Origin: Octopus vulgaris
Taxonomy: Eukaryota
Direction: 5' to 3'
DNA length: 64,000 bases
NCBI GenBank assembly: GCA_951406725.2
Contig: OX597825.1
Coordinates: 65,596,001 to 65,660,000 of the forward strand
Both the position numbers and the translations under genes were made by a program. Below, piece after piece: positions 27,433 to 40,800 of the stretch (positions are counted from its first letter, which is position 1; each line of letters begins with the position of its first letter). Below the pieces are notes generated by a model. It did no database searches and was not told where the DNA came from. It saw nothing but the letters and a program-made list of their open reading frames with translations.

Positions 27433-28079
27433 AACAAACGTGGATAGGGAACGCTAGTAATTTTAAAATACTGTTAAGAAATTTGACATCACAGAATGAG
27501 AGAAGAAGGGAAAGGGGTAGAGAAAGAGAGAAAAAGAATTAAAGGAGAAATGGAGGTATAAAAGAATAGAAAGTGAATGGCAGATCAAAACATATGTCAG
27601 TGATTCGGTGATATAAATGATTTAAATAACATCCATTTTCCATTAATCTTATGTTCTCCAAAACATGTCTCACTTCTCAGAATTGACTCCCACGTAAGTG
27701 TGATTGCTAATTCCTTGGGCACTTATGTGACATTTGGCTACCTTGTAACTATTCCTCTGGATCTTTCCTTGTAAACCGAACATTTTTATACACACACACA
27801 CATATACATACATATATGTATATATATATATATACATATACATACATATATATATATATATATGATATAAATAATATATAAATATATGTACATATACATG
27901 CATATATGGGTACAGGACATACAAAAAAAAAAAACGCTGAACAAAATGAGAAATGAAAACATAAAAACAAAAACAGAAAATGAACTTCTTTTTCAAACAA
28001 CAAAAAAAAAAACAGAGAAATGAGACATGCAACATAAAGAATATTCCCCTTCATCAGTTGTCCCTGTTTCATCTACTCC

Positions 28080-28126
<47 letters not shown>

Positions 28127-28687
28127 AACATACAAAACTGATTTCTTTCATTTCCTATCCAACAAATCCACTCACATGGCTTTAGTTAACCTGGAAGTGT
28201 AGTAGAAGACACTTGCCCAAGGTGCTGCACAGTGAGACTGAACACAAGACCACATGGTTTAGAAGTAAGCTCCTTACCCACACACCCATGCCTGTTCAGA
28301 AGTTCTCCTACACTCGTTTCCTCTGTTACATGTGATGCACCCAATTCTCTCTTTATTGTTCAGAAGATGTCTAAATATAACGTAGTAGCACTCCAAGGCT
28401 GTTTAGACAGACCTCATGACATTGGTTCCAATATGTATATATATATGTGTGTCTGTTTGTATGTATGTATATATGTATGTATATGTGCATGTGCAGAGGC
28501 ACATGGCTTGGTGGTTAAGGTGTTTCATGCATGAGATATAAGATTGTGGTTTCAATTCCTGGACTGGGCAATGTGTTGTTCTTCAGCAAAACATTTCATT
28601 TCATATTGCTCCAGGACACACAGCTGGCGAAAATGAGTAATCCTGCTATGGACTGTTCTTATAAGCTTAAGGCTCAAGAGGAACCTT

Positions 28688-28702
28688 TGATTGATTGATT
28701 GA

Positions 28703-28737
<35 letters not shown>

Positions 28738-28815
28738 TTGATTGACTGACTGACTGATTAATTGAATAATTTATTGATTCATTGATTGATTGATTGACTG
28801 ACTGATTGATTGATG
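28688..28815. repeat. (GATT)n microsatellite tail of a tRNA-headed SINE (28495-28690)
   Basis: Head GGCACATGGCTTGGTGGTTAAGG...GGTTTCAATTCC followed by GATT repeats. Confidence 0.8.
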
Positions 28816-29420
28816 TATTCATTTAGCATGTATGTATACATGTGGTTGGCATTAGGAAGGGCATCCAGCCATGCCACACCAGACAATTGGAGTCAGGACA
28901 GCTCCCTGCTAGCCAGCTCTGTCAAACAATCCAACACATACCAGCATGGAAAGCAGGCGTTAAACGATGATGATGATGATGATGATGATAATGACATGTA
29001 TGCACTTAGCATGTATGAATATATGCATGTTTGTATGAATGCATGAATTACGTGTGTATATGTATATGTGTATATGTATGTATACATGTATACATATGTA
29101 TGTATGCATGCAGGTAGGTAGGCGTTTTATTTATTTATTTATGATTTTTAATTATTTTTATTTTGGCTTAATTTTTTTTTTTTTTCATTTTCTTTATATC
29201 CTATTTTTGTTGGTGTTGTTTTTGTTTTTTCCCTTATCAATGACAACCACTCTCACTAAATATATTTTACAGTAACTTGATCTCGAAAAAGTAGAGATTT
29301 AAATTGATGAAATTATTTGGTCTTCAACTAGATAAATATTTTCTCTTGTTTGTCTTCAATTTCTGAATGGAGTTTGTATTTCAAGATATAAGCATAGATT
29401 TGTGTGTCTATGTATGTGTG

Positions 29421-29458
<38 letters not shown>

Positions 29459-29588
29459 CGTTTGTAGAAAACATAAATCTGAAAAAAAAGAAGCATACTC
29501 TAAAATATAGAGGTACCTTTAACACACACACATATATATATACACATATATAAAGAGAGAAAGATACATAGACAGACACATACGTATC

Positions 29589-29634
<46 letters not shown>

Positions 29635-29764
29635 TAGATAGATAGATAGATATAGATATATATATACATATATATATACATATATATATACATATATATA
29701 TACATATATACTTATATAGATATATATATGTATAAATATATATATATATAGATAGATATATAAG

Positions 29765-29796
<32 letters not shown>

Positions 29797-29873
29797 TACT
29801 TATATATACTTTTATATATATATATATACTCCAAAATGTAGAGGTACTTTTAACACACACACACATATATATA

Positions 29874-29922
<49 letters not shown>

Positions 29923-30735
29923 GTATATACATATATTTATATATGTATACATATATGTATACATATATAAATATATGTGTGTGTGTTATATATTGCTTTA
30001 GATTTATTAACATCAATTTTAACCTTTATTCAGTCATAGGTTAGGTGGATGTGCACATTCAAGCATTTATATTTATTTAATTTAATTATACATCTGGCAC
30101 CAGGCCTAGATTAAAATTCTTGGAAACCTAATGAGTAAATGGATTCTATCGGCCATCTTTGTTTAACTACTGTAAACCAAAAAGAAAAAGAAAAAGTTTG
30201 TATTTTTCCAATACTTGGAAGAGTTCTTTGTCAAACTGAACGATTTTACAATCTGATCTCTCTTAAATCCAATTCTCTCTGACATAAACTATTCAATTAT
30301 TTATAAAATAGTATTTAGTAAACTGATACCCCTTGAACACTTATCAAGATATTGAAGAAAATGTCTGATGGAATAATATAACAATAAATTAATCAGCCGT
30401 GTCTTTTATTTATCATAAATAACACAAAATCTTTCTTAGACTTGAATGCATTCAAAATATTGTGACTATGCAAAACAATAATAGCTGGTTTGTGTATGTT
30501 TACAAACTTTAGAAATAGTGAATCTGGTTGAGTGAATACTGTACATATTAGACAGCTAGGTCGTGGTTTGGTACTTTTGAATTTGTCGCAACATTTCGAT
30601 TTAGCTTACGATCAGGTGTTCAGAAGATTTTCAGTGCTACATTGCTTTGCTTGTGGTTTCTGCTGTTTAACCCCACACCTAGGATTGAACATATGAGATT
30701 CTACTGAAAAGTTCTTAGCTTTAATTGTATCACAA

Positions 30736-30843
30736 AAGGCCTGCCTGGAGGTCCAACACTCTGAGTTCTTTTACAAGGTTTAGATAAAATTGAAGGACCA
30801 TTGCAATAAGTGTGTGAATCTGAAAGGGAAATATGTTGAATAA
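30736..30843 (+). pseudogene. mariner transposase C-terminal remnant
   Basis: With frameshifts KACLEVQHSEFF-QGLDK-LKDHCNKCVNLKGKYVE*, similar to the mariner end GI.KL..RW.KCV...GDYVE*. Confidence 0.6.
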
Positions 30844-31120
30844 AATCAAAATTAACTGATACTCCTGTATTTCCTACTAACCAAAGCCAGGAATTTTGTT
30901 TTCCTTCTCTGCAATTTTTGAAAATTACATATATACATATACATAAATATATATAGTTGAGATTCAGTTGAATTAGGTACTTAAGTTGAAGCACCAAGTC
31001 AGTCCGGTATTATCCACACATCACGAAGTAAGGTGAATAAAATCAAAATAAGCAATAGGATATCACTTCTTAATATCATGTTGCTTAATTTGATTGTATA
31101 TATATATATATATATATATA

Positions 31121-31510
31121 CTAGCAGTATCGCCCGGCGTTGCTCGGGTTTGTGTCGACCCTTTAGAATTGGAATTTTTGAAAAGTAAAAATTTTGCACT
31201 ATGTAGCTTGTTATTTTCTTTAAGTGAACATTTTTCTGGTTGAAATACACCAAAAAATAGTGATACAGCAGTCAAAAAATCGTAAAAAATAGGGATTTTC
31301 ATAGAAAAAAAGCACTTGTTTGATGTAAATAATTTTTGGTGTTAACATGGTCCGATTTCAATTTTTTCTTCTACAGAAGGAAAAGCAAACCTTCTTCTAT
31401 CATACTTTCAATTTTGGTCAACTTGCGCTGCAGGACCTCGGAGGAGATAGTGTTAGTTGAAGGCTACCAAACCTGCCATACACTGACAACTTCAGCTTTA
31501 TATATATAGA
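31121..31510 (-). mobile_element. Complete non-autonomous Helitron (390 bp)
   Basis: Minus strand starts TC (31510-31509) and ends CTAG (31124-31121), inserted between A and T, with GC-rich hairpin CCCGAGCAACGCCGGG 12 nt from the 3' end. Confidence 0.9.
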
Positions 31511-31879
31511 TATATATCTTCTTCTTTCCAATATTTTTGCCAACAGAATCCACTCACATGGCTTTGGTTGGTCCAAGGCTATAGTAAAAGACAGTTGTCA
31601 ATGATGTCACACAGTGGGACTGAACCGAAGACCGAAATGTTGAAAAACAAGTTTCTCAACCACACAGCTATACCTGCACCTATAAGCTACATCTGTACCT
31701 CCTAAAATATCCAAATTAGCATATTTATGGCTGTATGATAAACAAGTCCACTTTGCAATCGCAAGTGTCCCGGTTTGAGTCCCCTGCATACTGCATATCA
31801 CTGAGTTCTTTTTTTCTTGTAATCAAAGTAAGAAGAGCAGAGCAAAGATGTTTTGTGCTTTCTATCAGACTGGTGATAT

Positions 31880-32095
31880 TCTTTTCTACTCTAGGCACAA
31901 GGCCTGAAATTTTTAGAGAGGGGGCCAGTCGATTAGATCGACCCCAGTATGCAACTGGCATTTAATTTATCAACCCCAAAAGGATGAAAAGCAAAGTCAA
32001 CCTCAGTAGAATTTGAACTCAGAATCTAAAGATAGATGAAATACTGCTAAGCATTTTGCCCAGCATGCTAACATTTCTGCCAGCTTGCTACCTTA
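31880..32095 (-). mobile_element. SINE family B
   Basis: AGGATGAAAAGCAAAGTCAACCTCAGTAGAATTTGAACTCAG...TCTGCCAGCT. Other copies at 34700-34908(-), 35435-35648(+), 41618-41805(-), 61701-61860(+). Confidence 0.85.
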
Positions 32096-32169
32096 CCAGA
32101 TTGGTGATATTGAAACAGTTGAAGTTCAGCAATGAAAATCTGTGGCCCTGTGATCTTTGCAAAATTCAA

Positions 32170-32578
32170 TGCAAGGATGGAAGTTTGCTACCCACTGCAT
32201 GGCACCTTGGGCAAGTGCCTTGGGCCAACCTATGCCCTATGAGTTGATTAGTTAGACAGAAACTGAAAGATACCTGTTGTGCATCAGTGTGTGTGTATGC
32301 CTGTGTATGTCTATGTGTGTGTGTGTGTGTGCATGCGCGTGTGTCTGTGTTCATGTTTGTGTTTGTCCATCACCACCCAACACTTGACAACCAGTGTTTG
32401 TTTGTTTACATCCCTGTAACTTAGCAGCCCCACAAAAGAAACTGACAAAATAAATAACACACTTCAAAAAAAATATAATAAATTCTGAGGCCAATTCGTT
32501 CAGCTAAACCTTTCAAGGCAGTGCCCCAGGATGGCCACAGTCCAATTACTGAAACAAGTAAAAGATTAAATGATTAAG

Positions 32579-32580
<2 letters not shown>
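32170..32580 (+). mobile_element. SINE family A, degenerate
   Basis: GGCACCTTGGGCAAGTG ... GGCAGTGCCCCAGGATGGCCACAGTC tail. Confidence 0.8.
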
Positions 32581-32650
<70 letters not shown>

Positions 32651-33075
32651 GTGTGTGTGTAAATAGAAAGGGGTGACTTCCAGATTGTTGCCATTCAGGG
32701 AAAGATGATTTTCTTAAATAGATGCAAAGCTTTAGTGTAATAAAGAACAGAGGTTGTATTCATGATTGTATGATATTCATTCTGTTCTCTCAAGGGTATA
32801 ATAGATGTAAGTAATATAAGACAGTGCTAACATATACTATCAGAAATCATATCATCTCCTCAAGACATTTTATTCACAATTTATCCGTTACTGTATACAA
32901 ATTTTCTTTACAAAGGTTTGCCAATAACTAGAAAGAACAATGTAGCTTTTTTTTGTTTTTTAGGTTTTTGGTTTTCGTTTTCTCTTTGAGGAAAAGAAAT
33001 TTATCATTTCCAATCTATAGACTGAAATAGAAAATTTGTGTGAAACAATCTGAAATATAAACAAACATAAACATA

Positions 33076-33115
<40 letters not shown>

Positions 33116-33270
33116 TAAGAAAAAAAAAGAAGGCAAACAAAAAAAAACAACAACACAGGAATTCAAATATGATCACATATCTACTAAGACATTTATTTAG
33201 AAGTACACTTGTACACATATATATATTTATGCACACATGCACTCAAACACACACACAAACACACACATAA

Positions 33271-33303
<33 letters not shown>

Positions 33304-33339
33304 TCTGTATCTATGGACATGCATATATTAGTGTAGTTT

Positions 33340-33370
<31 letters not shown>

Positions 33371-33450
33371 TGTATATACGAATATATATATATATATATA
33401 CACACACTTTGTGTATGTATATATATACATATACATATGTATTCATATTG

Positions 33451-33510
<60 letters not shown>

Positions 33511-35682
33511 TGTATGTATGTATGTATGTATGTATGTATGTATGTATGTGTGTGTGTATGTATGTATTTACACACACATACACACGTGCTAATGCATATA
33601 TATATACACACATATACAAACAAATTGTGACTTTCACCAGTCTTTTTCCTGCTTCCTTCACTGTCTGAAAATTTTAATAATTTTATCTAAACTCTACACT
33701 GAAAGTAACAAGCCCCATCTTATATAATTCATTCTTTTACTATAAAAAAAAATAAACAGTACACATGCAAATGCACATACACACACATATATACACACAC
33801 ACAGAGGCTTCCACACAGTTTGTGCATACCAAAATCCACACATAAGTACTGGGTCAACCCGAGGCAGTGATAGAAGACACATACAACTGTCTTAACAGTA
33901 TTGTATGTCCCCAAGCAAATCAATGCATTGGGCTCTATAGCATTTGCTTATTGACAGTAAACCACAGAATGCATAAATTGGAATTGGGGCCCTAGACCTG
34001 TAAGGTCCCTGTGTAACTGCCTAGTATGCCTATGCTTTAAAACAGCTCTCTACCAATGGTAACACAATTCTTCTCCTTGCAGCCATATGTTTTCTCTATA
34101 TCTATAAAAGCAGAAGTGTTAAATAATTTCATTTTTGTATCTGGTTTGCAAAATTCTTTATGTGTGTGTTACTAATATTGGTGTAATGACTCTTCCAAGA
34201 TACCACAAAATTTGCTAAATAATTCCTTTATGGAAGAATGGATCTCGAAGTGTATAAAAGTTATATATGACAGCATGTAAATCAAAGTTCACCAACTTAT
34301 TTTCCCCCTGGCTTTGCAGAAAAATGTATGTAAAAAACAACATTTCTTTAATCGAGATAAGGAACAGAAGTGGCTGTGTGGTAATTAGCTTGCTTACCAA
34401 CCACATGGTTCTGGGTTGATTCCCACTGCGTGGCACCTTGGGTAAGTGTCTTCTACTATAGCCTTGGGTCAACCAAAGCCTAGTGAGTGGATTTGGCAGA
34501 CGGAAGCTGAAGCACAAAAAGATAATTACCAGAGAAAAAAAGAGGACTCAGCTGAGAGGGTATGATGAGTTTAATGTAAAGGTGTGTAAAATGTAAAGAA
34601 AGGATAACAAAACCCCAAATTTCAAATTTATTAACCGATCCTGGGGGAAAGTAAATAAGATCACAATACAGGAACATTCAGAAGAGGGAAAATATCAGCT
34701 TCAAATTTGGGCAAAGGGCATAGATTTTTGAGAAAGAGTAAGTCAATTACATCAACTCCAGTATTCAACTGGTGCTTACTTTATTGACCTTGAAATAAGG
34801 AACGGTAAAGTCAACCTTGGCAGAATTTGAACTCAGAATGTAACGGCTGATGAAATGCTGAAAAGCATTTTGCTCAGTGTGTTAACAGTTCTGCCAGCTC
34901 ACCACCTTATCAAAGCAGAAAATATCAACAGAGATTTATACGTGAAAGCAAGAACGCCCTCAGGACTACCTATTTTTTAAATTCTTTTTCCCTTTTTTTT
35001 TACCTTTTGTCTCATTCCCTTCAAAATGTTGAAGAGAACTTTCAGGTGCACCTTTTCTAGTAGAAGCATTGACATAAATATGGAGCACTCAAATCAAGAT
35101 TTTTTCGCATGTGTGTAGGTGGGAAATATTAAATGTTTCTATATGTACTTTTTTTTAAAAAAGTCATGTGTTATTTATTGTGTGTTTTTCTTTATAGTTC
35201 TTAATTTATATCCATTTTGATACAATTTTTAAAGATATTTTCTTTGTAGAACGTCCCTGATAATTCTCACCCATTTTGGTATAAATTTGAGTCACTTATT
35301 CCTTGCATATTTATTTTTGCAAATGATTGTTTTTCCTTTTTTTTTTAACATTTCATGTGATAGTACAAGTTTATTAAACAATGTAAGTGCTGTAAGTGGC
35401 TAAATATAGAAACAGTTATGCTTATTATTATCAAAAGGTAGTGAACTAGCAGAACTGTTAACATGCTGAACAAAATGTTTGGTGGTATTTCATTCATCTT
35501 TATGTTCTGAGTTCAAATTCTCTCATTACTGACTTTGATTTTAATTATTTCAGGGTCAATCAAATGACTACTAATTGTGCACAGGGGTCAATGTAATTAA
35601 CTAATCCTCTTACCTAAAAAATTTCAGGTTCTTGTAGTTGAAAGAGTTATTATTATTATTATGATTATCATTATTATGATTA

Positions 35683-35717
<35 letters not shown>

Positions 35718-35718
<1 letters not shown>

Positions 35719-36270
35719 GAGTGAGAGAGCAGTGCATGCCATCAAAGTGACCTTGGGGTAAAATAAACAAAGCCCAGTATACCCATCATGACTACCTGTC
35801 TGATAAGGGTACACTAGGCACATGCATCACAACCATATGTGCGCGACATGGTGATCTCATATCAAGATAAACAGTGCATGACCTTGTAGGTGGGGGCCCA
35901 GTTAGAATTTTCTTCTGGTCGAGTAGCCCATCCCACTCAAATGGTCCCTGAATAAGGGTTGTTTAAGGATGTTGATCGAAACACCCATGTTTCCAGAGGT
36001 GAATTATTCAAACTCCATAGAATCCCTCTCAACACATAGCTATGATGCACCCCAACTACTTCTGCTCGTGATCAGAGAGGCACATATCATCAACCACTAA
36101 GGGATATGCTCAACTGGTTAAGATCAAACAACTGACAAGCAAATCAGTGGTATTGAGCAGAATATTTGCTGTAGCCCATCTTTTATACCAAGACAAAACA
36201 ATGTACATGATAACATTTCCAATCAGTTAAAATTAGAAGCCATGAGGGCCACTGCCTGGTATTGCAACAG
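35718..36270. mobile_element. Family F interspersed repeat (~550 bp) embedded in (ATT)n
   Basis: Second copy at 25607-25986; (ATT)n on both flanks; no ORF recognised. Confidence 0.8.
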
Positions 36271-36286
36271 TATTATTATTATTATT

Positions 36287-36537
36287 AAGGTGGCATGCTG
36301 GTAGAATCGTTAGCACATCAGACAAAAAGCTTAGTGGCATTTCGTCTATCCTTACATTCTGAGTTCAAATTCTACTGAGGTCTACTTTCATCCTTACAAG
36401 GTCAATAAATCTGCCATGGTTGACTTTGCCTGTCATCCTTTAGGGGTTAATAGAATAAGTACCAGTTGAACACTGGTCAATGTAATCAACTTACTCATCT
36501 CTCAGAATTGATGGTCTAGTGCCAAAATGTCAAACCA
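36287..36537 (+). mobile_element. SINE family B, near full length, flanked by (ATT)n
   Basis: A-box-like TGGTAGAATCGTTAG, B-box-like GAGTTCAAATTC, and a partially duplicated central motif. Confidence 0.85.
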
Positions 36538-36549
36538 TTATTATTATTA

Positions 36550-36604
<55 letters not shown>

Positions 36605-36841
36605 CATCATCTCTAAAGATGATGTAATTAACTCAGTTGAATTAATGATTTGTCATATTTTACTTTAAGTGCATATATCACTTGCAGAAGATTTAATCTC
36701 AGAATAGATAAATAGCTTAACCATTCTACTGGACACAATTACAGGGAAATAATAATTTCTTTGGTAGATAAGTACAAATCTTCAGATTTAGCAGCCAAAA
36801 TAAATTAAACTGACCAGAAATCCTGACTATTTCAAAAAGCA

Positions 36842-37330
36842 TTAACCACTTTGCTGCCAGGTTTCTGCTGAAATACATGTCCTAGTTTCAATTAATTTTG
36901 GAAATTATGAAGAATGTAGAAAATGTTATTATTATTATTATAGAGATGTACTTGCATAGCAAGTGACCTGATCTGAGATCGTGTGCTGGAACGAAAACAA
37001 TTGCAGCATGGAAGGTGTTTATAAGCCACTTAAGAAACACACAAAATCCGTTAGATTCACTTCAACATTTAAATTTAATTTGTCAAAATATTTTCCTCGC
37101 TTTGAGACCGTGACCTGTTCACTGACAAAAATCCATACTGTTATTATTATTAAACTAGTATAAGGCAGCAAACCAAATTTCAGGCCTTGTCTCTTTAGTA
37201 GAAAGGATTAAGCTAGTATTTGGAATTTAAAATGTTAAAACAAAATGATAATTATGAGAGATTTTAAATTAGAATCACTTTAAAACTGAAAGGTTGTATC
37301 CCAGAAACAGAGATAGTAGTGAACAGTTAA
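36842..37330. mobile_element. TTAA-flanked MITE (piggyBac-like family 2) with nested Penelope-type fragment (36942-37140)
   Basis: TTAA at both ends; homologous to 50352-50561 (TTTCTG.TGAAATA, AAGCT.GT.TTTG, TTTAAAAC.G.AAG). Confidence 0.55.
37079..37129 (-). ncRNA. Hammerhead-like motif with G3-C8 variant core
   Basis: Minus strand: UUUGUCA-GUGAACA-G-GUCAC-GGUCUCAAA-GCGAG-GAAA-AUAU-UU-UGACAAA; perfect 7-bp stem I; stem II has 2 mismatches. Confidence 0.5.
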
Positions 37331-37877
37331 ATATGTAGGCTATACATGATGTTCTGGCTTAATAATTTTTTTCTTTGTATAGTTTACAGGTACTATTTTC
37401 TTATGAATAAGAGAGCCCGAGAAATATCATTAGAAATACATATCTTTAAGAATATTGAAAAAAATATAGCAACAAACATTATTGCTACTACCCTAACTTG
37501 ATCCAAACCAATTTTGGTAGTTTCTATATTTTGTTTTTTTTTTTTGGTTTCTTCTTTTTTTGTTCTTAGACAGTGAGTATATCTAATTTTATTGTTAAAT
37601 GCTGTGTTGATGAAGAATTTCAAATGAATTTCTTCAAACGTTTAGAGAAAAGAAAAAAAATGATGTAGACATCTGTTCAGAAAGAAAGAAAAAAAAATGC
37701 AAAAAAACCCCAGTATTCTGGCAATAATGTCTCAACAAAATCGATATTCATATAGATTTTATTAATATTGCTTTTGTTCAATTGTTTTTGTTGATTGAAA
37801 TGTTGATATGATTTTCATGGAAAAAAGCTTTTAGATGGTTTTATTTTGTCTTTCATAAATCTTAATTGAATTTGAAC

Positions 37878-37973
<96 letters not shown>

Positions 37974-38004
37974 TATAGAAATATATATATAGATATATAT
38001 ATAT

Positions 38005-38041
<37 letters not shown>

Positions 38042-38335
38042 TATACACACACATATATATACACATGTATAAACATATATATGTACTGTATATATAAATG
38101 TGTATGTAGTACATGATATATATATGAGCAAATATACGCATATATGCATACATATATACTACACATATACATAAAATATAAATGAAGCATCTATAAATGT
38201 AAGTCTATAAATATAAGTGTACATATATATATATACATATATAAACATATATATATATATATCTGTATGTATGTATATATACAGGTGTATGCATATACAT
38301 ATATATATATATGTAAATATATATATATATATATA

Positions 38336-38385
<50 letters not shown>

Positions 38386-38402
38386 TATATACATATATAT
38401 AC

Positions 38403-38442
<40 letters not shown>

Positions 38443-38451
38443 AATATATAT

Positions 38452-38850
38452 TCTTGTACTGGTTTTCAGACTCTTGGCTGTGGCCATGCTGGAGCACCGC
38501 CATCACTGTCACTGCAGTCTTTGTTGTATCCTGGTATTTGGTGGATGAGGGAGTTTGAGGGTGCCACCACTCCTCTCTGTGTCATGAGGTATTGTTGGTT
38601 CATCTGGAATCTTGCACAGCAATTTGCCCAAGTTTAACTTGAAACGTGTCTAACAATTTGGTTTCGTGATGGGAGGGAGACCTTTAAATGACGTAGGGAT
38701 TGCGAACATGAGGCCTTTCTAGTAGGGCTTGTTTCAGAGTTCAGGATCGACATATTAGTCTTGCAATGAGATAATGGTACTCGATGGAAAGATTTTGTAG
38801 GATTCTTTTTGCTATTGTGTGAGAGTAGAACTTTTTTAAAATTTTTTCTG
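38452..38850 (-). mobile_element. CR1-type LINE 3' fragment (second subfamily)
   Basis: Minus strand FKLNLGKLLCKIPDEPTIP...(frameshift)SNSLIHQ followed by 3' UTR GGCGGTGCTCCAGCATGGCCACAG. Confidence 0.8.
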
Positions 38851-39479
38851 GCAGTCATTATGTTGTTTAATCATGTAGCCACAGGTCAGTGCAATGGTCA
38901 AGCAGATCTATGATCAAACGTCATTCCAGCCATACATTTCATGTCTTTTATTCAAGCAGCATCTCTTAAGCCTACATTTGTCCACTGAATCTTACAACAT
39001 TTAAAAACTTCTGGGTATGATTTCAGGAAGATTTGGTTGCTATTTCTTGCAGATCAAGCAACCATGTAGAGCTTTCATTGTACAATCATGTTTTCATATA
39101 TTTCTACTTTGCACCGCAACGTGATATTAAAAATAGGTATAGTTACTCTCAAGAGTCGTTATGTTCTACAAGACAGGCTATCTCCTTTATTGGCTTCCTT
39201 TGAGATTTTTTTAATACCTTCTCACAAGAACAGAGCCAGATCTAAGAATCAGAGTATGAGTGCTTTCTGCAGTCTCAAGACATTTTTGTTTGTTCATTTC
39301 TAAGTTTGGTTTTATTTCCGTTTTTGTTTTTTGGTCTTGTAAATATATAATTTTCAAGTTGCACCTTGTTATTTGTTTTGTTTGTTATTTTTGTTTTAGT
39401 TGTTTTCGTTGTTGTTGCTGTTGTTGTTATTTTTTTGCATGCAGGTTGCTATTGTCAGTTTAGCAGTATAAGCATGAAC

Positions 39480-40800
39480 AAATGATGTATGTCACCGATC
39501 ATTATAACCTCCAGAGCTTCTCATATATTCCAATATTGTGACTAGAGTGTCCCCATGTTCAGCATAAGCAGTTTACAATGTATTTGACATTTGGTGATAC
39601 AGAACGTGAGATTTTCTTACATAAAATGCATGTTCAGTTTTTTTTTCTATCTTGGTTTTTTTTTCGTTTTTTTTTTTTTTTGCTGTTCTTCTTGTCCACA
39701 TTTACATGGAGCCAATGTCATGTGATAAGTTCTGAATGTCAATAGGACTTTCGATTGTCTTCTTGATCTTTATGTTAACTATGTATCTAGTTAAGGTTGC
39801 TGCTTTGATAGATGAGGATATGTCTGTGAGAGCTTTTACAAATAGTAATCTTCTCAGTATGGGTGATTGACCTTTTAGAAAGAACACTATCTTATATGAC
39901 AGGCTGGTCACAACTTAATACTCATACTTTTTGCAACAATTTCTCCAATAAATAAATCACATAGATTACCAGTCGCCGAATGTTTTTTTTTTAAGGTTCT
40001 TGGTGAATGTTATCTGGCTTTGAACAAGAGAGAAGTTGATTTTAAAATCTGGTTGTGAAGTTGTGTGAAGGATATTCCACTTAATAGTTTCAGTGAATGC
40101 TATAATTTATGCCATTGTTCTCCAACAAGACAAGGAAGGCAGGCATAAACTTTTGTCTAACTTTTTATACCTGGAATTGAAAACTTTATTCAACAGAGGT
40201 TTTTAAAAAATGAATACAATAGTTTTTTCAAATCGTCTTAAGGACATTACTGTGGCTCCCTATAGAGCATTGGTTTTTATCATTTTTGATAGTGCATATG
40301 TTTATTTTTATCGCAATATTGTTCATAGTTGCAGATTCAAATATTCAAACTTGCAGGATTGAATGTTTACCATTTCAAACACCATTTTATATGCCAATGT
40401 AGTAAGTAGAATGCTATCTACTGTCATATGTTCAAGATCTCATATCCCATCGCGTCTTTGGGGAGTAGGATATCATCTTTCATAGACTGGGTTGTTTTAT
40501 TTTGCAATTATTTGAGGTAATTTTCTTCACATATCTAGAAAACCTTTGGGGTTCAATTTTATATTTCGTAAATCCTTGGTCTTTTAGAGCTCCCTTTCTC
40601 ACAGGATCATCTAAGTTAGAGCTTTTAATTTTTTTTTTTTTAATCAACGCTTTCAGTGTGCTTACTATTTTCTCTACCGTTTTGTCTTTGCTTGTTCAAA
40701 ATGTTTTGAAATTTTGTTTTTGTTTCTGCATAAGTAATGCCATGTCCCTTGGAATGATATATTTCTTCATTCAGACGTAATGAATGCCTATGTCACTTAT
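39480..40800 (-). mobile_element. Highly degraded L1/Tx1-like ORF2 C-terminal remnant
   Basis: Fragments ILLPKDAMG..ILNI (cf. LPK..GGLG..N) near 40450 and CK....MGTL*.QYW (cf. CCHC knuckle) near 39550; many stops. Confidence 0.35.

Noticed and set aside
27910-28082. Insert in (TA)n with minus-strand CTGATGA and GAAAC
   Set aside because: The order of motifs and the helices do not give a hammerhead fold in this copy.
29495-29865. ~35-bp segment repeated 331 bp apart within TA tracts
   Set aside because: Local slippage duplication with no sign of function.
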